NCBI GenBank assembly: GCA_002633005.1
Contig: NMRA01000930.1
Location: 1-32,550, forward strand
From: Phoronis australis
Lineage: Eukaryota > Animalia > Phoronida
Direction: 5' to 3'
Length of the DNA: 32,550 nucleotides
Shown piece by piece: positions 22,234 through 32,550 of this stretch. Numbering within the stretch: the stretch's first letter is position 1; every line of letters begins with the position of its first letter. The notes beneath the pieces are model-generated. The model was not told where the DNA came from. It saw only the letters and a program-made list of their open reading frames with translations, and did not search any database. A program made the position numbers and the translations under genes.

Positions 22234-25200
22234 CTGAAGTGCAGCTTTGCGAATTTATCTATTTATCTGGCACTGCCGGTCGCATCAAATGTGGTATTTT
22301 TACAAATTTCCGAGAGGAACAACTTTGAAAACTCTTGGGAAATGCACAAGGAATATAGCAAGACATTTGAAAATCTTAAAAGTGAGGGGATGTGAAGGAA
22401 GTGGAACGTGTCCTGAGACTGAAGTAGTCTGTCTGGCTCGGTGCAGCGGGAGCTAGAATATCTACCGTAGTAGATTAACTAATCATCGTTACAACCCTCA
22501 ACATATATTGGTGTTGCTAAAGACACCAAGTACATCCACTGCACACAAGAGGGGAAATCCGACAGAGGTCTGAAAAGTGACCAAAGTTAAGATTCAACGT
22601 TCTGTTTCATGCGAGCTCAGGTAGGAATCACCAAAAAACCAGGATGGTAGCGAACTAGGGTGGGGGGATCTCGTACGGTTGCATTGGGGATTTTAGATGG
22701 TTTTGCTAGAAATTGCACAGCAAATGCATATTATACAGTGGCTGCTACTCAAGCGCATTAGAGTAACCACCTCTGTTAAAGCCGTGTTGTTTTTATTTGG
22801 TTGATCCCTATAACTATGACTGTGCACATGCAACAAAAGACATTTCCAATACATCTGACTGAATATAACTATGAATTTTCAAGAATATGCAGAAGCTGCC
22901 AGACAAAACAGGCTGGCTTAATGAAATTTCAGAGTGGGTCAAAAGAAAGCAAGTTAGATTTGCAGCCCATGGATACTGCTTGTAAAAATCTGTAACAAAT
23001 TTCGTAATTGCCTAAAATCGGTCAATTGTTTTATGTTTCAATTAATGTTATGAAGAGAAATTCAATGCACAACTCTTGCATTTCACAATGAACCCTGACA
23101 CATTGGTAGCGCGGATAATTGAAATCGGTTAAAAGGTAACATGCCACACTTCTGTTTTGTACCTTTGTCCTACAGACAGGTACTTAGAAATTCATTTGGT
23201 AAATTTTTATACTCAAATCTGAATGACTTACAGTATTTGTGATGTCTTCACTTTAGCTTGGTAGCCGAAATGGCCACATTAAATTTAATATGTTTAATTT
23301 TTTCATTAATAAAATTTTAGGAATCAGGAAAGGCTTATGCTGAAGAAGTGGTTTCTGCTGAAGTTGAAAACCTGCTTATTATTAGTAAAGGTTGGGTATG
23401 GAACAGTTCAAAACCAGCAAGAAGGTACCTTTCTGGACAACTAAGCGAGGGGGCTAGAGAGAGGCCAGAAGATGTGAGGAACGAGTCGGGGAAAAGTATT
23501 TGCCAAAGATTATTGGCTTATACCACAACAGGTACAAAGTAATTTGTTGAGATAGGCCACTCTCAGCAACTGTGGGGAAACTGGAATAGTTGAATGTAGG
23601 AGATATGACTGAGGAAGGGAAGTGTGCATTGGAACTAGAAAATCTGTGCTTTAAGATTGTCAAAGATGTAGCATTGTAAAAATTCATAGGGAGGAAACAG
23701 TACAGTGGCTGAACTTGTAAGTACTCAGGCGGATCTGCTAAATCCAGTGGTGGCATTATTATGATGGCAAATCTGGGTAGGGAAGTAGGCTTGTATGTTG
23801 TTGCAAGCTTTGTTTGCACCAGAACTGCTGTGTGCATGAACAGGACAATCTCAATTAACCTGTATTGAATTTTTATCCAGCCACCGATCATGATCCTGGG
23901 CCTGTGGATTAAGTTGGTGCAGCCACATGGTAATGGTACATTGTTCTTTTTGTTTAGCCACTGGATTTGTTTGGTCTGATAGGATTTCTAAGTGTGGCCA
24001 ACACATCTAGACGTTCGTTTTGTGATTTCTGACCACTGTACTGTTTCTTTTCCTTGAAATTGTGAAATTGATCTGATTTTATTTTGTTCGCATTTTATTT
24101 ACCATTATAGATTTTTGTTTGTAAATGAATATTTATTTGAGCCCCTGTTGCAGTTTGTCTGGTTTTATTCACTCATCTTTCTGCCTAGGTTGTAAATCCA
24201 CATTCCGTCCAGGAGGTAAAGTTTTGATTTAGACCATTTACCTCTATAAACTTTTCTCAATTTGTTCCTGATACAGATGGGAAGTGGTTTCTGGAATTGT
24301 AGCAAGTTGATAGTTTGCTATTCCTCGAGACCATGTTGTGTGTATAATATCACGCATTGATATACAAACCATCTTATAGAGCCTGGTCGCTAGCAAATGC
24401 ATATTGCCAGTTCTTTCAAAATTATAAATTTCTCAAAAGTGACCAGGAAATAATACCTATTTCATGATGGCAAGTTGTCTCAATCAAAAGCTGTTTTATG
24501 TGATAGTAGGCAGGTTTATATCCACTTCAAATGATTTTTTGTTGCAGTACCGAAAGGTGTTGGCACATTAGCTCTGAGACTCTTTAGTTTTTGGTGAACT
24601 GGCCATTTTATGGTTACCATGGGTAATTTTGTAACTGGTCTAGTATATAAGTACAACTGTAATCGCACGGCAATTGTAATGCATGCCATGTTGCAAAAGT
24701 ATTTTTTCCATGACCATTTCTTTGTAAAAATGCTGTCGAATTGGAAATGAAAAGCCAATTTTTTCATTTTGTGGTGGTTATTTTTGATAAAAACATTGAT
24801 GTGGTACCTATAGCTACCTCAAGTTTGTGGAGAAGAAGAAATTCATTGTGTTGCCATACTACATCACCTTATTTTATAGGTATTGTCTGGTGGATTTTGT
24901 CTTGTCATTCGAATGTTTTTAGAGAACTGCAAACCCGGTATTTCGTCAGGAAAACTTCTGCGACATTTTCTTTTAAGGCGTATGAAAAATTGTTGTCATG
25001 GCACTAAACTTATCATTCGTTTGATATTACAATGCACTGCATGAACATTTGATCAACAGAAAATCTAACTTGAATTGGTGTGAAGAAATACCCATGAGGA
25101 AGTTGCAAAGTATAACAACTGTAAATCAAAATAACTTACATTTGTCGACTTCATGTCTAACCCTGTTGACTGGGGAGGACATAATCGGCTTTTTAAAAAA

Positions 25201-25827
25201 AATGGAGAAATATGTGGTATCTAGGAGTACTACAGTTCTAGATGTTAAGTAGTAAAACATTCAAAACATTCAGTAGGAATAAACTCGTTGCAAAATATCG
25301 AAAAACATTAAGGACAGTCTGATTTTACGTGCTCACGCAACGGTCTCAGATATTTGAAAATGTCTAATTTTAGTAAATTTGAGGTGCCAAAATGTATAAC
25401 TTATAAACTGGCTGACAAAGTTTTGTATTTTATACAATGAAAGTAACATGTTTCGTAAACATTTTGGCCAATTTTCATTCTCATAGCAGTGGGGGAAGAT
25501 TTGCTATAGCAGTGCATTGAGCATAACCTCAATATGGCATAACAGGGGCCAGTGTAGTAAAACAACTAAATGAGGGTGGTAAATCGGAATCTTTTTTTCA
25601 AGACATCTGTGTAACAATCTACAGGCACCAGTTAACAATGGCAAGTGAATAATAGTTCATGAGCTCTCATTCAAGGAAAAATTCAAACAGTTAAAATTGG
25701 ACTGTTTTTACAGCGTGAAAACATGGCTGCGAAGCAGTAAAATGTGTTTGAGCCTGTAACTTTGGAAAACGTAATATTGTGGGGAAATATTTTATCACTG
25801 TTTATAGATCCCATAGGACTACCTATG

Positions 25828-25898
25828 TGTCAAATTTGGTGAAAATCGGCTGACCCCCACCTTGCTGTTGGGTGGCTGGTGCTTTCGTGGACAAGCAC
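25828..25898. mobile_element. Right end of TTAA-targeting non-autonomous DNA transposon
   Basis: Matches 1-71 and ends at TTAA (25899-25902). The upstream motif ACTAAATGAGGGTGG..AATCGG (~25565) recurs at ~3953. Confidence 0.65.
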
Positions 25899-27961
25899 TT
25901 AACAAATTAAATCAATCTTAAAAGTAAACCGTGCACTGAAACACACATTTTCTAATTTTGCCTGCTTTTTTGTCGACGCACCGTCCTTAAACAAGGGTGG
26001 AACCATGAGGAAGTCAAATTGACCCTAATTTCCAGTTGTCTAGAGTTCAGCACTTCAAAATATCATATCAACACCACACAGCGATTACAAGTGTGCATTG
26101 TAAAGGTGGAGCTAAACATCAGTACTGAAAAGCTGCAGTTATGTCACATTTGCAACCTTGATCGAGGAAATGAGGCTGCGTGCAGCACAATGGCAAAAAA
26201 TGGAGGGTTCTGTTCCCCCACACATGATATCATATCTGTATACGACAACCGCGAATAAACCCACAAGTGGATTATTTCCCCATGGGTTTTGGCCGAATTG
26301 TAAATGAACGACGACCCACCGATTTTCACGACGTCACACTATATCTGATTCCGTTTGCCATAGAGACACAGCCTCCCAGAATCAGGAAGTACTGTATAAT
26401 TAACTTGGTTGAGAAAACATGTGACACGTCATATGCGTTATTTATAAACGGTTTCACCAACAACCTTGTGTAATTAAGACACATGGAGTGGAAAAATGTT
26501 CCCGAATCTTGTTTACTGGACAAACAACATAATTGTTCTAGACTGCATCCTCACTCACCTAATGAGAAAGGGCTCTGCCCACTTCCAATACGCGGACACA
26601 ATGCAAAATGGAAGTTACTTCCATTGTTTTGGAAATTCGTTTATCATGTTACCAACCAATCCAGTAACAATTAAATAAATAACAACTGATTAGGCATTGA
26701 CGAATTACAAAATAAAAACATTCGAAACATAGTTAATGTGTTGCTAACTTTTATTCTTTACACCCTGACAAACAGTAACGCCAAAATAAAAATGACAAAT
26801 TCACTATAATCACATACTGTTTCTATTTTTTAGAGTGTCTAAGTTTTCTTTTTCAAAATAAACTTCTTTGAGCAATAACAACATCACCATAAACAATATA
26901 CAGACACAGTGGGTCGTCGTTACCAGCATATTTTAAGGCCAGTTCTTTATCATGCAGTTGAAAATTCTTGTACCCTCACACCATTACATCACAAATAAAG
27001 TAAACAACACCTTCATGCATTTTCCAAAAGACAATCTTGGTTATTTACGAACTGAAACTCTTACGCGACTTGACCATTACAATGCACAATTAATTGAAAT
27101 CTTGCAAAATCTCACTGCGTTAAATCAGAACACGGGAGGAACCATGTTCAAAGGTTCACCCTTAAGATCTCAAGACTACTGAAATGAAAGTATACACAGT
27201 ATGAACGTACGATGCATGAAATGCTTTATTTCCGTCGATAACCGTCCAACGTTTTACGTAGAATTGTACTGTATACATTTTTAAAATCAAATAATAAAAA
27301 CCCATTTGTTTTGTGTTCACATGTATCTTCTGCAGTGAGGCATTATTTAAGTTACCTCGGATTTCCAAAAGTAAGAGGAAGATTAAGCCAAAATGAAACC
27401 CAGTCACCGAAATTGTTGGTCACATCCGGGGATAGCATTGTAAATTTGTGTGGTTTCATTTTGGTAATGCTCTTGTGACTCAACGGGCAACGTAACACTT
27501 TAGTTATGGCACCGACTTTAAAACTGCCTATAGTTTTTGCCAAGTGCCTTAGACACAGACTTTCACAACTAAGTTACGGTTGGGTATAAATACCTTGTAA
27601 AATGTGACGTACATGTACTTGCCCTGAGTGTGGAGATAACGCAATATTTTTATCTAGATAAATTATATGTCATTGGAAAATTTAAAAAAAAACAACAATT
27701 CCCTGCCTTTGCAGGCACAAAACAGAAACGCATAGTTGCTCCATTCAGAAAGTCGTCAGGTTAACGGGTGTCGTTTTAATATCTCCAGTATGGCCAACAC
27801 ACTGACCTAGTAAGACTAATGGCTGCGCAAATTGTTTTAGTTAACCCGACTCCTCGACAAGGAAGTTTTGTTTCGTTTATATTCGAATCAACAGTTTCAA
27901 AGGACAGGAAACGCAGACCAAGCAGACTGTTGAGCGTTTATCATGAGGAGGACGTGGTAGC

Positions 27962-28013
27962 ATGTTGTCCAGTAGGATGGAGGTTATTTGCTGGTTGTTT
28001 GTGTCCATATTTT
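27962..28013 (+). CDS. Candidate first coding exon (signal-peptide-like) of an unidentified gene
   Basis: In-frame upstream TGA, then ATG encoding MLSSRMEVICWLFVSIF, then a phase-1 consensus donor GTAAGT at 28014. No downstream exon was identified. Confidence 0.35.
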
Positions 28014-28670
28014 GTAAGTATTCCCTGCCTGGGTGTGTTGTTACTCTCTACTCTCGTGCTGTGGGAATGCTATTTAGCAAAAGGGTTCGTTGGCACTGCG
28101 CAAACTAATTGTTGAAGCGAATATTTAACTGTACTTCCTTACGTTAAGGTTAGATTGGTAAATTGAAAGCGAAAATCAATTATATTTCCTTGGTGCTTTG
28201 ATGACAACGCCAATATAACGAAGTATGCCCATTTTTAAATTCAGAACGCCTGTGCGTGTGTCTAAGCTGCGGTACTCAGCGTGCAACTGTAAATTGTCTG
28301 TACACGGCAGTTTGAGGTCACTACCGCAAGCATTCCCTGTTTACGCATGACGACCTCGGGTGACCCTCATGACGAATCCACTGAGGGTGTTACGAAGCGT
28401 CTTACGGTGTTCTCAAACAATTAGTACCTTTGCGCCAGTTAAAACATGCTAAATATTCAGCTCGCCTAATTGATTTTTGAACGCACAGATATGGTCTTTT
28501 AGCAAAAAGTAATATTGTTACTGTTTGCGCATCTATAGTCATTACAGTACTCATTTCCGTACGCGTATGAATTTCATGTTGCCGATTTGTATCAAGCGAT
28601 CATGTTATGGTTATGTAGGACGTGATCGAAAAATCTGTACATTTGGCCAAATATTTTCAAAACTATAGAG

Positions 28671-29398
28671 TGTCAGACGATTGACTGTGGGTTTGTTTAA
28701 AAGGTAGCTATGCTTTGAGATTGTGCGTAGATGGAGAGTGAATAATCAAATCCAGTAATTAATTTATTATATGATAACCTCTAATTAGACAAGTGAAACC
28801 TGCTGTTAATTAAGTAACCAACTACAAAGAAAAGTAGCTACACTAGCGGCCTCTTTAAAGATTACTTTAATAAATCAACCCAAATAATCAAATGTCTTAT
28901 CTGCTATCCAAGCTAGGACTCTCCACTTGTTGGCTGTCTGTCCTGTTGGTGAATCTTCGAACTACACACACTGTATAGCGACAGTGTACTAGCTGGTCAC
29001 CGTCTCTGGTGATGCAACACTTGCAGGCAGTTTCTTCCACCCGCGATTGTTCTTGCTGGTCACAGTCTCTGGCTGTTGACGCAACATTTCAGGTAGTATC
29101 TTACTACCCACGATACAATTGACAAGTTCTTAGTTAACTTCCTGTTCGTTAACCCTTGTCCTTGGCAAGATCCTTTCTATAATCTTCCACGAGATGGCTC
29201 CGTCGTACAATTGCTTCTGTACACCGTAGCAAGTCTTTATGCTTCGACTACTTTAGCGCATCTGATTATCTTGTTGATTTCTTGTTGATAATATAGCATT
29301 CTACTTATTTAGTGATTGGCTAATAAAAACCACATGATCATATCCAATCATATTATTGGATGTTACAATTTTTTCTCAGAATTTTCTAGATTTTGACG
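28671..29398 (-). mobile_element. Probable solo LTR (~730 bp)
   Basis: TGTC... and ...TTTTGACG imperfect inverted termini. First ~400 bp shared with 3213-3612. Minus-strand AATAAA near 28763, CCAAT/ATTGG boxes at 29315-29360, and an internal duplicated GCTGGTCAC.GTCTCTGG block. The right boundary and TSD are uncertain. Confidence 0.6.
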
Positions 29399-30055
29399 TT
29401 AAAGTACATGTCAAAAAGTCTGACCCCATGATTTAAAAGTACATATGCACAAATTTTGGGTAAATTAAAATGGATCTATTCTTAATAATTTCTTAATCAA
29501 TATTAATTCTGACAAAGAGTTTAACTCCGCAAAAGCATAAATTTTCTGAAAAAACACCGTAGAATTTAATTTCGAACTTCATAACAATTTGTTACTAATT
29601 AAGTCACGTGACCTTGCGTTTTTAAGAAAAATAGCAAAACAGACAAGTACATTTGTAGCAAAACAACAAGATCATTAACATGACCACGCTTCGTATAACA
29701 TAAGTGTTCAAGATAATACCTTAAACGCAGTGAATTTTTCTGAATTATCGTTTCTTTTTTGTTTATGCAACTTAAATTTCATTTCATAAAAATCATATCA
29801 CCCATGTTTTACTAGCCCCTGATGCAAAAGTGGATATTTTTAAAGACAATTCGTGATAGCGTAGTATCTGAAAGTTTTAAGCGAATCCTATCAGCCATAA
29901 CCGAGATAAAATTTACGATGTTCCAAACCTGGCCAAAATTCGGTATTTTCCTACCGTCCTACATAACATTAACGAACGTGCTATTGATTGTGTAAGGAAC
30001 AAGTAAGTTTCGAGGTATAATATACCAAAAATTACCTCAATTTAACTCAATTTAC

Positions 30056-30249
30056 CTGTCACGGACAGGATCATTGGAGATAGGTTGTTGCATTAATCCC
30101 CTCCCCAGGCCATCCTCGTGACAGCAGAAGGTGCAGTACTCCAGGGATGACGTTGGGTGCAGGCATCTTGTTCGACGACACATGGACACGGTTTTTATTG
30201 ACATAAAGTACACTTCCTCAGGGATCAAAGGAACGCGTACCGTAACATT
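30056..30249 (-). pseudogene. Candidate Cys-rich exon resembling the second half of a Ly6/uPAR (three-finger) domain
   Basis: TTTCACTCGCAG acceptor and AG|GTAAAT donor. The open frame contains MCRRTRCLHPTSSLEYCTFCCHEDG, and a CNN follows 16 nt later in another frame. Confidence 0.3.
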
Positions 30250-32550
30250 CTGCGAGTGAAATAACAATTTGAAGGCATTTAATTTCTGCGGACTTCACCA
30301 TCCTGAAGGAAAGTGTTACTTTTGGAAGTCTTCTCTTTTTTGATCACCTTGGCATGTTTTACTTGCTATCATAGATATATTGGACCTGTTTATGACTTTT
30401 TTATCAACAGCAAACCAATTAAAATATCTATTCTTCAATTTGGAAATGTGACACAGTCAGCAAATGGCACATTGTAATCACCACGTGTCTGATTGACCGA
30501 AGCTCTGTTGCATTGAGTTTATCACCTATATCTGGCATCATTGGTCAAGTCAAATGGCAAATGTACCGATCAAGGTTGGGATTGAAAATTGGCAAGGATC
30601 TTGGCTATTGAGCACATTTCTCTGAATGGAAAGAAAGGAGGTATTATTCACTTAAAGACCTACATGGGCCCCAATTTATCTCGCACTACTCTGATACTCG
30701 CAGTAGATTATTCTGAACTCGTACGAAAGAGACAGAACTTGCTCACTACGTCAAACTTTCGATTTGAGGAACTGCTACTTTTTCTTAATTTAGTTTTTTT
30801 AAGAACTAAATTAAAAAGCATCAAATTCAGTTCCATTCATACCGAGTAAAATATCCAAGTTTTCCAAAAAAGATCTTCAATACGGTAATAAACTTTCCTC
30901 TTAAAACAGGCATGCGAATGCTATAGTAGATCATGTGATTTATTACGTCATCTAACAAAATCCAGTGTTGAGTGGTCATGGCACACTTGCTTCATCTGCA
31001 CACTTAAAGGCCAAGTATGGTGCCAAAATGACTATTTTTACATCTAAAATACATTTATTGATAAAAAACATCAAAATACTGTGCCATATCATACCCCAGT
31101 CGGTAATTAAGTAGGCATTCGACAATACAGTAGCCCCATCACGAACCCCACTTAGCACCAAAAAAAACTTGAGACGGCGCTTGCACTAATCGAAGTCTAT
31201 GACATCATCGTTTCAACGAATTTGGCTTTCACCGTGTCTCCAGAGTATTGGAATCAGAGATGACTCGTTTTTTAATTTAGTGCAAAATAAGGAATCACAT
31301 TAATTTTTCATTTCATGTCAGTTAATATTAAAATTAATCAAAATCACTACCTTTAGAATTTTTATTCAATTATTTAGCACACATTCTAATACGGGCCCGT
31401 ATGGGAATCCCCGGGAGTGTGACTGGTGCCGTCGAAACAGCCGGAAAAACAAAACGCTTCGTCTGAATTGTTATCAGCAATTTCCGAATGTTTATTATAA
31501 AGTGTAATTTGTTTGATACAAAAAATATCTTTTTGAAGCCGAAGGTGTGAACGCTGCGCGATTCCAATACGGACGGCTGTCCACTGTGTGTACCGTACGC
31601 GTATAGACGACAACAGGCCATTTAATTTGGTGCAAAATACTTAGAAACGTTAGGCTTACAGCACATATCAGCATGATATTTTCGTACAATGCAACTATAT
31701 TCAAATTCATTGAAAATTTTATATTAGAAACTGAATTTTCAAAATAAGTCGCCTTGAAATGCTGCAACCCGTTATCGGTCAAGCTAAAAAAAATGCGTGT
31801 CTGTAATAAATTAAAATTACGAAATAAAGTCTGTATAGCATGAAAACATACCTAGTCATAAGAATTTCTAATCAATTGAAAGTTTTAGATTCAGTATCAG
31901 AATTCCGTTAGTCCTACGGGAACGACCCAAATCAGACAGAATATTCCGGATTTGGGCCGGATTCCCTGGGCCGGAACAGTGACACGAAACGTCAAAGTGC
32001 CAACCAGCTAACTGTTTGAAGACTATCGCCAAAATACATCTAGGTAACACTGTGACTTGAGCTCTGTTAAACCATAGAACATAGACTGCAGTCTATCACG
32101 AAATTTCATAGGCCTACTTACAGACCGGGTATGAGTTGTGTTAGTCAACTCGTCGTGAAACCGACCGACGACCGGGGTGCATGCAAAATCTGGGAGACAA
32201 TTCGGACACTCACCTTGCCCGTTCAGTGCCAGTCGTTTAAGGGAAAAACAATCTAATAAACGTCATTTGCTAGCATTACTCTCGGCCTTTTGAGTTTTCT
32301 AAGAAAAAAAGTGTGTTGTCTTTTTGAAACAGTACGCTCGTGAAAAGCGCACGCCCCGTACTAAAATTTTGGGACTACTTTTGAGACATGATAACAGCTT
32401 CTCAGCAGTAAAGTTAGTGCTAAATTCGCTTTGTTGGTCTTAAAAATGCTAATAAGTTGTAACGAAATGAGACCAGTTCCGACAATTCGTTGTGACAGTA
32501 CGCAACCTCGTGGCAGCAAAGAACAGTTGATAGAAGAATAAACGGGGGGG

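Noticed and set aside
23454-23891. 145-aa minus-strand ORF
   Set aside because: Antisense of a purine-rich repeat-like block with no motif or splice support.
1-32550. tRNA genes, tRNA-derived SINEs and hammerhead ribozymes
   Set aside because: No A/B-box pair with cloverleaf and no CUGANGA...GAAA core with supporting stems were found by eye. tRNAscan-SE and Infernal would be needed to exclude them.

Overview
This is AT-rich eukaryotic genomic DNA with spliceosomal GT-AG introns. It is most likely a marine invertebrate such as a hemichordate, echinoderm or amphioxus, which is inferred from the repeat types and TACATGTA enrichment. No prokaryotic operon, CRISPR array, rRNA or tRNA is evident. 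The one well-supported host gene is the 3' end of a receptor-type protein tyrosine phosphatase: three + strand exons at 4356-6138 encoding a D2 pseudophosphatase and a YANF tail, whose first donor reads GG instead of GT. The rest is mostly layered transposon debris. It includes a decayed, internally deleted Gmr1-like Gypsy element (protease-integrase order), two copies of an LTR, an L1/Tx1 ORF2 scrap, three young Harbinger-like MITEs with CWG target duplication, ends of a TTAA-targeting DNA element and a small CAGTGGCGGAT MITE. A few candidate or decayed exons are also present. The most unusual structure is at 8204-8490: a dense array of short hairpins sharing a CC-CANYT-GG loop with different, self-complementary stems, about 230 bp upstream of a tRNA-Ser-like primer binding site.
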